Below are positions 29,501 through 38,148 of a stretch of 64,000 bases of DNA, piece by piece. Position 1 is the stretch's first letter. Every line of letters starts with the position of its first letter. The stretch lies in NCBI GenBank assembly GCA_005400705.1, contig GCA_005400705.1_4079.1. One strand, written 5' to 3'. The translations under genes were made by a program, and so were the position numbers. The notes beneath the pieces are model-generated. The model saw nothing but the letters and a program-made list of their open reading frames with translations, had not been told where the DNA came from and did not search any database. The stretch comes from Escherichia coli (lineage in GTDB: Bacteria; Pseudomonadota; Gammaproteobacteria; Enterobacterales; Enterobacteriaceae).

Positions 29501-32500
29501 GTAATAGATTGAACTGAACCAAAGTCTGCACCAAATTTAGCATTTGCTGCACTTGGTGTACAAGAAATAAATTCACCCGTTACCAGAGAATTCTGACTCC
29601 AGATCACAAAATCTTTAGCAATAGTGTTCCAATCTTGTTGAGCACCACTATCATTTACATCTTCAAAAATCCAGCCATGTTCTTTAAGATATTCACCATA
29701 ACCACAAATAAAAGTATAAACTTCTTGGTAACTATTAAAAACTTTACCATATTCAATGGAAGCTTCAGATTTCCATTCGTTATAATGAACAACATTGCGG
29801 TTTTCTAATTTAAGAGTTACTTTTCTACCATTTTTCACTGGCAGTTTATATTTGAATTTAGCACCAACTAAATCATATCCATCAATCTGATATGCACTAC
29901 CATTCCAAGTAATTTTGATAGCACTCATTTGTTCATCACGAATATTATTCGAGCGAACAAGACCAATAGTTTGGTTTTCTTGTGAAATAAGACCAAATGA
30001 TTTAGCATTGAATGTTAGCTGATCTGCTTTAGTAAAACCACCAATTTTATGACCAACATTTATATAAGAAGAACGAACTACATCCCCATATTTGGTTGTA
30101 ATGTTTTTATTTTGATACATCAAATAATCACTAACAAACATTTGATAACCAATTGTTCTTGTGTTATTTTCACCATGAACTACAGTGTTTTTATCAAAAT
30201 TAATACGCTTACGTGTATCACCATAAAGGAATTGTGAACCATCAGTGAATACTTCTTTTAAATTGTCATTTCGGGTATCCCAAAAATAGTTAGCAAATTG
30301 TGCAGGTTTAGCTTTATACAAAAGTAGCATTTGGTCATATGCAAACAATGTAGTGTTCATGTATGTAAATTCCATGTCACCCATGTCACCATATGCCCAA
30401 GGTTCTGCTCTATGATTTAAAGAACCAGACACTAAACCTAAAATTTCAGGTGCAATATATTCAACAACACAAATATCAATACCGGAAGATGTTTTATTAC
30501 CAGTTTTTGTGATTTTAAATGGCTGTACACCAAATCTTTTATATTTGTCATACTGTCCACGGCGATCACCAGACAAAATAGTACCAGTACTACTATCTCC
30601 GATAGTGCCGTCGATATCCCATAGACCACTAGGAACTAAATCTCCTTGTTCATTCATAACAAGTGCTTCATATACATATACCACATCACTATCACGCTCA
30701 CCAACTTGAACAGCAGTTGGTTCATATTCTTGGTTCCACCAAGTTGGACGCTGTGAAAAGCCAAACATTTCCCACGGATGTGTTGCAGGGCGATATGTAC
30801 CATATTGGTCAGTATAAATTGCACGCCATGAACCACGAGCAGGAATTTCAGTACTTTGACCATTAACTACATAATAAGTGCCAGTATAGTTCCAAGTTCT
30901 CCAATTGTTAGGATCATAATCATGTGTACTATTACTGATACCATTAGTTGCGGTGAAGTTAATGTATCCACGTAGTAATAATGTTTGTTTCTCTTCAGCA
31001 CTATATTCAGTTTTAGTGAAATATGGTGTAGGGAAAAGGTCATCACTATTCAATACTGGTACGTAATCAACATCTTTGAATTTATTATCAATACTATTAA
31101 AAATTCTATTTTCTAATTCATATACAACATCATCCATTTTATCAACACCATTGATAACACGGTATGCTTTGGAAATAATACCAGTATGACTGATGTTATA
31201 ACAGCTTGGTTTACTACCAGCAGTGAGGAATGTCGCTTTTTCTGGTACATATGCTTGAAGAATACCTAAGAACTGTGGTGTTGGTGGTATAAATGCACGA
31301 ATGAATCCAGAAGTACTTCCAACATTATCATAATAGAATGGGAATGAACTATCACGTCCCATATTAATAGTAGTTAAAATTGCATCAACAATGTTTGCAG
31401 CACTATTTTGTAAAAAGTCTGATGGATTTTCATCATACATACGAAGCATTTGTGTATTAAATTTATTAATGAATCTAAAATATTCAGATTGCATAAACAT
31501 AGTTGCTTCAAACAAATCAATATCTTCATTTGCAGTATGTGCCATCAATGGAAGCATAGATGCTTCATTTTGGATAATTTTAGTACCTACGCCATTATTA
31601 ACCAATCCTTTAGCCAAACGTTCTTCATAGTCATTGAAATCATCAGAAGAACCACGTGTAATGTTCTTTTGAATAATATCCTGAAAATGTAAAGTGTAGT
31701 CACCTTGGTTAATGTATATAATATTAGAATTATATGGGTTATTTTGTAGGTTGATTGGAACTTCATATGCACCTAATTCTTTATTAGGAGTTACAGTACT
31801 GCTATAAGTTCTGATTTGAATAACAGAATCTTCATCCAAATCTACAGTACTATCTAGAGTGATGCTTTGTACTTGACCTTTTGAAACATTTTTGGTATAT
31901 TTGGACACATCAACACCATCAACCACAACTTCAATAATATCAGAATCATTATCTAAAACTTTTTGTGCCAATTCGAATGTATGGTCATATTTTACAATCT
32001 GAACACCATCACCAGTAATTGGATGCCAATCTAGATAAGTTTCACGGTCAGCTTTATAGTACTGATATGTTCTATCAACTTCAATAACATATGCATACAT
32101 ACCATCAACTGGTTCTTTAAAAACTTCCATATCATAAACAGTACTGAATACACGATACATATCAGTACGTTGGACTTGTGGAGTTTGTTTTACAAATTGT
32201 TTAGAGTACTCTTCTGAACGAACCCAATCGGTTTGAAGATTCATTTCATTATTTTCATCAATAATGTTATAATAGTATAAACCATCAATTTCAACTTCTT
32301 TCCCAAGATGGTCATAGGTATAACGTTGGGATTGTAAAAAGTTTTCATAAATGTAATAATTATAATCACCAAGTTCAATGTTATATCCATATACACTATC
32401 AGTTGCATAGTTGTAATTTATTTTAAAACCAAACAACTCTGAACCTTTAAAGTTACTTGATGGATATGTAGTACTGTTGTCAAGTTTGATACCATTACGA

Positions 32501-33570
32501 TCATAAAGTTGGAATTTAGGGAATATGTTAACACTAGTTTTTGATTGTGCACGAACCCACAAAGATCCATTCCAGTACATAGAACTATTACCATACTCAT
32601 TACCTTTAGTGATTAGAACAACATCACCATCTTGAGGTTCACCACTTGGGCGTGATTCGGTTTCTTCTTCTGGATCTAGTGCTAAACCATAAACACGCGT
32701 ACCATCTTGCATTTTTTTCACATATACATTATAAATTCTATTGTTTTCACCATTGTTACCAATACTGGTGAATAGAATACGCATTCCATCTTGCGGAATA
32801 ATACCATCAATACGTATACCACTATTAATATCTTTTTGAACGATATCTTCAGGTTTAATAATATCAGAGAACAGATCAACAGTTCCACGGAATTTTGTAC
32901 CGTAGTTCATTAGCTCAATATTTTTATTATATTCAATAATTGGTGCACGTGCACGAATAAAACGTGAATCTTGCATTAATTCTTCAGTTAATATTGAGCC
33001 ATCTTCTAATGTTTCACCTAAAGTATACCAAAAGTTTTGTAGTGACCATGTATTACCATTAAGTGCTCCACGTTCCATTACAATGTAATCAGGTGAAGTA
33101 ATATTATAAGAGTTTTTAGTATCCCAAAGATATGAGCTAAAATTGTTCATTTTATTTGGGTTAATAGCTGGAGTCCATGCATAAAACTTACCGTTGAACA
33201 AACGGCTTTCATTATCGGTTAGTGCTCCATAATGATTCATGTATCCAACTAGATCATCATAAAATTGAATTGAACGAATTGTCGAATCATCATTTTTTGA
33301 GACGTAAGCAGTGGACAACTGATAAAGTTGACGTGCTACAGTACTTTCATGTAAGAAGATATTACCAGCAGCGGCAGGAGAACCCATATCACCAATATAG
33401 CCGTCAACTAATTCGTTTTCAGCCGGATTAAACCATTGTTGAATAACATCATCACTGACTTTTTGAATATCTTCTAAGCCTTGCATCCACTCAGGCAATC
33501 TTTTAATAAAAAGCTTCTTCTGTACTGCTTCAGCCATCTGTGTAGGTTGAAACTTAAAATTATTAGTCAT
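23599..33570 (-). CDS. giant baseplate wedge / tail structural protein (about 3320 aa, gp7-like position)
   Basis: Single uninterrupted ORF of about 10 kb directly downstream of the gp6-like gene; ORF track gives 33600 as start but ATG 33570 has a GGAG RBS at 6-nt spacing and the first ATG has none. Confidence 0.55.
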   Translation of the reverse strand: MTNNFKFQPTQMAEAVQKKLFIKRLPEWMQGLEDIQKVSDDVIQQWFNPAENELVDGYIGDMGSPAAAGNIFLHESTVARQLYQLSTAYVSKNDDSTIRSIQFYDDLVGYMNHYGALTDNESRLFNGKFYAWTPAINPNKMNNFSSYLWDTKNSYNITSPDYIVMERGALNGNTWSLQNFWYTLGETLEDGSILTEELMQDSRFIRARAPIIEYNKNIELMNYGTKFRGTVDLFSDIIKPEDIVQKDINSGIRIDGIIPQDGMRILFTSIGNNGENNRIYNVYVKKMQDGTRVYGLALDPEEETESRPSGEPQDGDVVLITKGNEYGNSSMYWNGSLWVRAQSKTSVNIFPKFQLYDRNGIKLDNSTTYPSSNFKGSELFGFKINYNYATDSVYGYNIELGDYNYYIYENFLQSQRYTYDHLGKEVEIDGLYYYNIIDENNEMNLQTDWVRSEEYSKQFVKQTPQVQRTDMYRVFSTVYDMEVFKEPVDGMYAYVIEVDRTYQYYKADRETYLDWHPITGDGVQIVKYDHTFELAQKVLDNDSDIIEVVVDGVDVSKYTKNVSKGQVQSITLDSTVDLDEDSVIQIRTYSSTVTPNKELGAYEVPINLQNNPYNSNIIYINQGDYTLHFQDIIQKNITRGSSDDFNDYEERLAKGLVNNGVGTKIIQNEASMLPLMAHTANEDIDLFEATMFMQSEYFRFINKFNTQMLRMYDENPSDFLQNSAANIVDAILTTINMGRDSSFPFYYDNVGSTSGFIRAFIPPTPQFLGILQAYVPEKATFLTAGSKPSCYNISHTGIISKAYRVINGVDKMDDVVYELENRIFNSIDNKFKDVDYVPVLNSDDLFPTPYFTKTEYSAEEKQTLLLRGYINFTATNGISNSTHDYDPNNWRTWNYTGTYYVVNGQSTEIPARGSWRAIYTDQYGTYRPATHPWEMFGFSQRPTWWNQEYEPTAVQVGERDSDVVYVYEALVMNEQGDLVPSGLWDIDGTIGDSSTGTILSGDRRGQYDKYKRFGVQPFKITKTGNKTSSGIDICVVEYIAPEILGLVSGSLNHRAEPWAYGDMGDMEFTYMNTTLFAYDQMLLLYKAKPAQFANYFWDTRNDNLKEVFTDGSQFLYGDTRKRINFDKNTVVHGENNTRTIGYQMFVSDYLMYQNKNITTKYGDVVRSSYINVGHKIGGFTKADQLTFNAKSFGLISQENQTIGLVRSNNIRDEQMSAIKITWNGSAYQIDGYDLVGAKFKYKLPVKNGRKVTLKLENRNVVHYNEWKSEASIEYGKVFNSYQEVYTFICGYGEYLKEHGWIFEDVNDSGAQQDWNTIAKDFVIWSQNSLVTGEFISCTPSAANAKFGADFGSVQSITQNNGGVWSLLDDNNQGIRQYEIETSRIGNIFTVRTLESNKRIALIRLSLCSYEHAVIFDDKTIFGDYIYQPTYGSIQELIKMYGYITGSWTGRLQAPGFIILEAGTLPSFEKLVSDFQHYYDSETPVSDVQLQELSNHLIGYQSRDYLQRMISSDVSRVDFYKGFIHDKGTNQVLERVLRVSKSYDTDEYKALQEWAFKIGTYGNIDGKKNLQFKLINDQFKQQPQMVSFDVNATSNGNGNHIVYFGEQGKDPRWITRPNGKFSFPMRSGRSENIQLPDIGPVTLDEVSYTTKDFSTAYNDRITYTNGKGENPESVWMFKDGNGLWNIFELVDTNVQMVSITPIENTDVYAEQFCKVTLTDNVPLEDGDYYYFVDETNFMPDTLTVESQYYTAGSDPKVMVVPFDTSIDIEFTDPDTRPRLYRYVSRFVSTDERQAYIDKKYSFKAPQSTLFDRPTTYDERTNITELYLNVYDPINGVIPGAAMQNVTYTSPVDPAQYNSNGELIQAWGADKVGQVWWNTSTAFYLDYTRAIYDADGNVDIDATNEYKRYNWGRLLPHSTIDVLEWVCSPVEPYNWDKYCKDVAKKNKNNTMYLPSGTALEDNYSTFLEYDSSTDSYVTKYYFWVRDTIYVPPLHTRTKSCTDIARIIKDPTQLNIPWFAPINENSFILSNMQFKVNDDTSILTVSYYMDSTEVVKHDQYQLCKEGDSYNFNPLIWDSMWNSLIGQETTESGSVINLLYPDVDNGLGSNKTWFQNVIEARRNFVESANNYYRSQNITTNSVVMEDVFNVKTTEVNPNEVSFRVLSYNNELVIAVESDKFKENDAVILSTSGYLPNPLTSSAVYFIHFDENGYIQLMNSPANAGSVVTITLENKGEGQHKMIKQSDYVESLGTSLDMTQYWSYADWYDVGYDSNTTYTQESSLEDANTKNYQVGDIIRVTDSENIWTLYIKSQSRDSIYWKAIGRENSTVELNDMLYADYSVHNDNGSLSNREINVRKALALLKNSFDLHQSEIVFDMVKYVHVEQSVVDWVFKTSYIYIVGLEQSLVQNYSNDNLINQIVEYFEEVKPYRTKIRSQIEQKTSDDDLIKGLCNDLDPNGYIFVDGSWIKTEKDIWDYEYAQFNEITQKWEQVGSLPSDFVTPNRRFQEIDIIMHYDNIQCKPNEDLASINELVSVNNKYQSNEKDAVSNYELQRYIYSFPEYSEETFDLLIAYQMQIYYPELDVTLGTAYGVNQWYKDHAEDLEATDEFTATLERVYKESTHNDMFTDLRQYVQYNTLANRLKLYKDISDEKIHDEVGCGFSGLTYNDNPSTRLPLGFSSSNDYNYGYFEISSELYQKYISLIKDKNPDASDYEVKVKLEVEYGVYVYRYDEVGGDTRFYTDAIHVLAGMRGLFDKDATDKYEKAEEILSKTPIDIYAITMIPRKYVYLNVNGVYQSIPDEQSIDDFMEDYFITNGEMVELAEINLDDLPLDQNNPMYSDYQYILDSITEAKYFNDMNAFDNLALESQTSSIKWEVKDDEVDPYIVDISDINPSGRDVGQIRFTVDGYGFDNVSLVQLRDNSRYQTEGMAIINPYKHTEAIVSIPSYAKIENDINKTTSKFDEKYFYRVRSINSLTEAEIVDNDLSDGDKVMIFTPDGEDFVRYQNHTWETILRVSNIKNNTTPILFTVRNTGKETIELIDESTGTVLRYDNITLAQQNEPVQPLALNIVRVRTFADPEFVKNGIKLYEQNRNYTIDVINYDVFYDTTLNGGKYNDGITPDDVDVWIISNEIFDVDGITIDNGYNLPITGAGVLSELARTKMTDSLEINVIEYDSSVIQPFRNNEGIWVYGFPMVDGMYIGVVGGTVTNITTISEENTTYVSQPKSISPYSIRNNVLSGSAANMNDIISIGYEKVEVRNANNLLRGVMYSAEHDFKLNTTYSFNGINLGNYDMLKRYTQNSYTIDLSVYTDSLQVSGNDIKNILLVK

Positions 33571-33611
33571 TTTTGGACTCCATATAATTCGTTCATTCAT
33601 TTGATTTATTT

Positions 33612-33643
33612 ATGATATAAAAAAGGCGTTCCGAAGAACGCCC
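33612..33643 (-). terminator. intrinsic terminator after the gp6-like gene
   Basis: On the minus strand GGGCGTTC-TTCG-GAACGCC hairpin (UUCG tetraloop) followed by TTTTTTATAT. Confidence 0.65.
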
Positions 33644-33649
33644 GTTATA

Positions 33650-36600
33650 TTAAGAACCGATATTAATATTACTTTTAGCTAGTGAGTTAACAATTTGAAC
33701 ATTTTCAACAGATGCAGTACTCAAAAATATTTGGTCTGAACGTGAAGGGATTTCAAATAGAGAGCCAAATTTTGAATTTGGATTTTGTGCAACTATAACA
33801 ATGGTACTAATATGTCTACCTAACTGTGAGTGTATGTAAGTACACAAATCAGTATAATAGAAACTTTCACCGAAATCCCAGTTATCAACATTGAAGTATT
33901 CATTAGTTAATGCTATAACATTTTGACGAATTTCATCGTCACTCATTGTGCTGTTTGGTAATTTCACTACTTTAAAATCAGCTTTGTAATCTTCAGCAGC
34001 ACTGTTGCCAAATAAAGGTAAGTACTCAGCACTATGCCAAATAATACTATCACTAATGACTATTTTTTGTTCAACATCTTTGAACATATCTTTCAATTCA
34101 ACCGATGTAGGTGGTTTAGGAATACTACCAACAGCATTATTTTTCAACCAAACGTCAACTTCAGTTTTATATGAATTGGTTAATACATACATATCAATTA
34201 AGTTTGTTCTACTAGGATCAATGCGATTGTCGTCAGGTGCATAGTGTTTCCAATGGAAGTCTATACTAGTACGTGCATTAGTTTTAACAGTGTACTGTGA
34301 AGTAACATCTTTGTATCCATAATAATCTAGCTTCTGATTCTCGTCAGCATTAGTTCCCATGTTATTAATTGCACGATAAAAAGCCAATTCAGGACTAACA
34401 GTGCCAGTATCATCGGAATAAGTTAAATTACTAATTAGCTGTCCTAAACGATCATTGTTATTACCAACTGTTTGTTCAATAAAATAATATTTACCATCAT
34501 AGTTAAAACCAACTAAAAATCCAGAACCTTTACTATATAATCCACTCAATGTGGTTGAACGAATTGCGTTATTTCTAACAAATTCAGTTCTTTTATATGC
34601 ATTCGGCTCTGCCAAGGCTTGTTCCATTGTATAAGACCACGATGAATCAAGAAGTGTGAAGGTATCATTTGGTAACGACAGTACTGATATAGTGAAATCA
34701 CTATTTTCCTGAAATACCAAAATACCACCATATTTTAATGCATCGGTTCCAGTCCAAGTAGGAACAATTTCTTTAAATTGGTTTGGTTCCAATGGTATAC
34801 CATTACTATCTACTTTCCTAGATGTAACAATAACACGAGAACCATCTAGATAGCCATTCTCTTGTTGAATTGTGTCATAAATTTGAAAATCTATATTACT
34901 TGTCAATCCTGAATTACTACTACTAGTAGTGTTAGATGATAAAATTTCAATCTTATCACTTTGAACTGTACCAGTACTAATATCAGTAATTTTTTTAGAT
35001 GATACAAAGTAAAATCTTACTTTTTCTCCACCCACAAAAATATATTCAATACCGTTAGCATCAAATTCCCAAGTTTCTGCTGTATATTTTACATTAATTA
35101 TAATTAAAACTTCATTTCCATTATATACAATAGTATCATCATTGGTACTTACTTCAATAGGAACCCATGATGTCGTTTCTTTGTCATGTACAATAACAAA
35201 ATCAGTTTTTTTATCTAGCATAGCAGAAATTGCTTGAACTTCAACCGAGTTAAATCTAGTTCTATATGGTAAAATGTACTCTATGGCTTGCATTCCACTT
35301 GGAACCGATGTACTCAGTACATAAAATCCATTATCCAATACACTAACTACACTAGCCCATATAGTAGTTCCAGAATTAGAAAATTTAATTAGAGTACCAA
35401 CCTGATATGAACCATAAACTGTACCAGATGAACCCAAAATTCTACCATATGTGTTAGTTGTATAATTTGAATTGTATACCGGAGTCCATGCTTGTTGTAT
35501 TTCAATACCAATTGTATTTGATGGAAACGCTTGGTAACGTTGTATTACCGCATTTTCACCAATCAATGGTTGAATATTGTCAATAACAATACTAGCATTT
35601 GTTTTTGTAGTTGGTAGCAATAATGATCTATTAAATTGTGTGTTTTCTTGATATAATGCACCATCATCACTAAAAACATCGGTATTTTGATACTTACCAG
35701 TAGGATCATTAATATCAATAAATCTTGATTGTCCACTATAAATTCTATTAATAGCTTTAGATTTAAGTACAGTATTGCCTAAACTAAGTGGTGCAATATT
35801 ATAATCTTCACCATTGACAAAACGGTTTTGTGTATAGTACATTTGTGGTGCACGTGCTTTAATCTGCTCAATAGTCTCTGCACTTTGTGCACGGTCGGAC
35901 TCATATTGTAATGAAAAACGTATATCCAATGTACTAGATTCATAACTTGACTGTGTTTTTGTACGATATGTATATTTTACGCTTTTATTTTGAATTTCAG
36001 AAGTTTTAATGTTATATGTTTTACCATTACTAACACGATACCATACACGGAACGTCCCACGGGGAACAACACCACTTCTTGAGTCTGGGTACTTAATTGT
36101 TATTTGGTCTTTATCACGAGTAGTAACAGCAAAAATTGTTTTTAATTGACGATTAACAGTGTTATATGCAATACTTTCCATTGATGGAACTTTTGTCCAT
36201 TTGGTACGAACAATACCATCTTCATTTATTTCTTGAACCCATACATCAGTTTCGTTGATATTATCAACGTTAATATCTTGTATACGGTTCTCTTCACGGA
36301 TAGCATATTGATAATCTTGATATGTCAATGTACCTTGTACGAAATATACAAAAAACCCAGTATTTGGTGAGCTAAATCCATTACCATCATTTTGATAAAC
36401 AATATATTTTTGCTCTTGTGGTTCTGGATGTCGTTCTTCAACACCAACAGACGTAATATCAGGATTCACTACTTCAAATGTCATAGATTCACCATTGACA
36501 GTTGCAACAAATGGAATACTGGGTGCTGTCATTGGGATGGTGTTCATTCGATATAGTTGGCGGGAGACACCATTAACATCAATACGCTTGACTGGATTAC

Positions 36601-37111
36601 CAAATTGGTTAGTACTGACAAATGAACTGTTCATTACTAGAATAAAGTTTTCATACCAGTTAGCATCCATCGGGTCATTCCAACGAATGATTTTATCTTT
36701 TAATGATTCATTAAAACTATTACGAACATCTTGGTTTGTTTTAATTTCGGTTAATTTAGCAACTGCACGACCTGGATATGAGCGGCGTGGTGAGTAAGAA
36801 ATCATTTTAGCTAGTTTTAGTACTGATGCACGACGAGTTGCAGTATCTAAAAAGTTTTCACGTGTGTTCAAATCCATACGAAATGCCAAGTTCTGACCTA
36901 GCATAGAAATCGTATCTAAAATAAAAATAAACTGGTCGTTTTCGATCCAGTCGTTGAATGAGTCTGGGTAAGTTGCACGTAGATAATCAATCATACTCTG
37001 ACGGATAGTATCGAAATCATAAGCTGTTAGATTGATTTTATAAAAACTTTCATATACTTGAGTCCAATCCTCACCACTATATAAATTAGACTGTCTTTTT
37101 TGTTGTGACAT
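33650..37111 (-). CDS. baseplate wedge protein, gp6 / Baseplate_J-like
   Basis: 1153 aa; N-terminal region (YDFDTIRQSMIDYLRATYPDSFNDW...LDTISMLGQNLAFRMDLNTRENFLDTA) follows the Baseplate_J/gp6 N-terminal pattern; sits between gp25-like and giant wedge genes. Confidence 0.6.
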   Translation of the reverse strand: MSQQKRQSNLYSGEDWTQVYESFYKINLTAYDFDTIRQSMIDYLRATYPDSFNDWIENDQFIFILDTISMLGQNLAFRMDLNTRENFLDTATRRASVLKLAKMISYSPRRSYPGRAVAKLTEIKTNQDVRNSFNESLKDKIIRWNDPMDANWYENFILVMNSSFVSTNQFGNPVKRIDVNGVSRQLYRMNTIPMTAPSIPFVATVNGESMTFEVVNPDITSVGVEERHPEPQEQKYIVYQNDGNGFSSPNTGFFVYFVQGTLTYQDYQYAIREENRIQDINVDNINETDVWVQEINEDGIVRTKWTKVPSMESIAYNTVNRQLKTIFAVTTRDKDQITIKYPDSRSGVVPRGTFRVWYRVSNGKTYNIKTSEIQNKSVKYTYRTKTQSSYESSTLDIRFSLQYESDRAQSAETIEQIKARAPQMYYTQNRFVNGEDYNIAPLSLGNTVLKSKAINRIYSGQSRFIDINDPTGKYQNTDVFSDDGALYQENTQFNRSLLLPTTKTNASIVIDNIQPLIGENAVIQRYQAFPSNTIGIEIQQAWTPVYNSNYTTNTYGRILGSSGTVYGSYQVGTLIKFSNSGTTIWASVVSVLDNGFYVLSTSVPSGMQAIEYILPYRTRFNSVEVQAISAMLDKKTDFVIVHDKETTSWVPIEVSTNDDTIVYNGNEVLIIINVKYTAETWEFDANGIEYIFVGGEKVRFYFVSSKKITDISTGTVQSDKIEILSSNTTSSSNSGLTSNIDFQIYDTIQQENGYLDGSRVIVTSRKVDSNGIPLEPNQFKEIVPTWTGTDALKYGGILVFQENSDFTISVLSLPNDTFTLLDSSWSYTMEQALAEPNAYKRTEFVRNNAIRSTTLSGLYSKGSGFLVGFNYDGKYYFIEQTVGNNNDRLGQLISNLTYSDDTGTVSPELAFYRAINNMGTNADENQKLDYYGYKDVTSQYTVKTNARTSIDFHWKHYAPDDNRIDPSRTNLIDMYVLTNSYKTEVDVWLKNNAVGSIPKPPTSVELKDMFKDVEQKIVISDSIIWHSAEYLPLFGNSAAEDYKADFKVVKLPNSTMSDDEIRQNVIALTNEYFNVDNWDFGESFYYTDLCTYIHSQLGRHISTIVIVAQNPNSKFGSLFEIPSRSDQIFLSTASVENVQIVNSLAKSNINIGS

Positions 37112-37172
37112 AATTTATTCCTTTAAATCAGTAAAGTACTAGATCAGTACTGGGAATTATATATAGAAATAT

Positions 37173-37200
37173 TTATTCAAAAAGAAAAGCACTCCGAAGA
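37173..37200 (-). terminator. intrinsic terminator after the gp25-like gene
   Basis: AAGCACTC-TTCG-GAGTGCTT hairpin on the minus strand followed by TTCTTTTTG. Confidence 0.6.
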
Positions 37201-37212
37201 GTGCTTTTATAA

Positions 37213-37608
37213 TTATAAAGACGAAACTGAATATGTTGCCATTCGATTATTACTTCTTGCATCAAATACTATAGTAAGTTCTTCTAATGCGTCCAATACT
37301 ACGTACTGTAATACAATATTCATTTGGTATCCATATTCTATTCTTGAAATTTGTAATTTTTTAAGATTTAAACGTGGGTCTAAGCTAATTATTCTACGGG
37401 CATCTGCTTCTAAAAGGTTGATAGTATTATAACCTTCCAATTCAAATAGCAAATCCCATGCAATAAACCCATAGTCAGCATCAAATGCTCGTTCACCTTT
37501 TTTTGTATTGAAATGATTCATTAAATCTTGGCGAACCAATTCACTATCATACAATGTTTCAGTTCTACCAACTACAGGGGTAGAAAACCCTTTAAAAACA
37601 ACTGCCAT
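37213..37608 (-). CDS. baseplate wedge subunit, gp25 / GpW-like
   Basis: 131 aa; size, position (after spike and lysozyme, before gp6-like) and sequence pattern (RAFDADYGFIAWDLLFE) consistent with the gp25 family. Confidence 0.55.
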   Translation of the reverse strand: MAVVFKGFSTPVVGRTETLYDSELVRQDLMNHFNTKKGERAFDADYGFIAWDLLFELEGYNTINLLEADARRIISLDPRLNLKKLQISRIEYGYQMNIVLQYVVLDALEELTIVFDARSNNRMATYSVSSL

Positions 37609-37623
37609 TGTCTATTTCCTTTA

Positions 37624-38112
37624 TTATACGGATTCAACGATACGTGCCATCTTTTCCGCTCGTGAAGTGGTTTGTTTATACCATGTACTATCACGCAATT
37701 CTTTACCAGCAGTTTTGTAATCAGCTTTACCTAATGCGGTCATTGCTTTTTTAAATTTCAAAACTTTGGTTTTTCCCATTTGGAATACCATTAACCATAA
37801 TACACGTTGTACCTGTACTGGTGCAGTCATACCGAATTGTTCATAAATTGATTTTGCATCATTGTACGCAGTTTGAGCATCTTTGAGAAGAAGTTGGTCA
37901 GCTTGAGCTTCGGTCAAACCATTCTTGAAATTTTCACCAGGAAGAACTAGATGACCATAACCAATAGTATCAAGACCTAAACTGTCTTTATATACCCAAA
38001 ACTTATCATTTTTAAAATAACCAAGTTTTTTCTGATAAGCAATAGTTCCTTCAAATTCTTTAATTTCCTTAAAAAATTGCTCATCTGTATTTTTAATTTC
38101 CCATTTACTCAT
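37624..38112 (-). CDS. T4-type lysozyme (GH24 muramidase), free-standing
   Basis: 162 aa with EFEG...YKDSLGLDTIGYGHL, MVFQMGKTKVLKF and STWYKQTTSRAEKMARIV matching T4 lysozyme motifs; catalytic Glu and Asp equivalents present. Confidence 0.85.
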   Translation of the reverse strand: MSKWEIKNTDEQFFKEIKEFEGTIAYQKKLGYFKNDKFWVYKDSLGLDTIGYGHLVLPGENFKNGLTEAQADQLLLKDAQTAYNDAKSIYEQFGMTAPVQVQRVLWLMVFQMGKTKVLKFKKAMTALGKADYKTAGKELRDSTWYKQTTSRAEKMARIVESV

Positions 38113-38128
38113 AAAGATATCCTCGTTT

Positions 38129-38136
38129 TATTTATA
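38129..38136 (-). promoter_or_regulatory. T4-type late promoter (TATAAATA)
   Basis: Exact TATAAATA on the minus strand 16 nt upstream of the lysozyme ATG, followed by a GAGGA RBS. Confidence 0.5.
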
Positions 38137-38148
38137 GTGCTAAAATAT

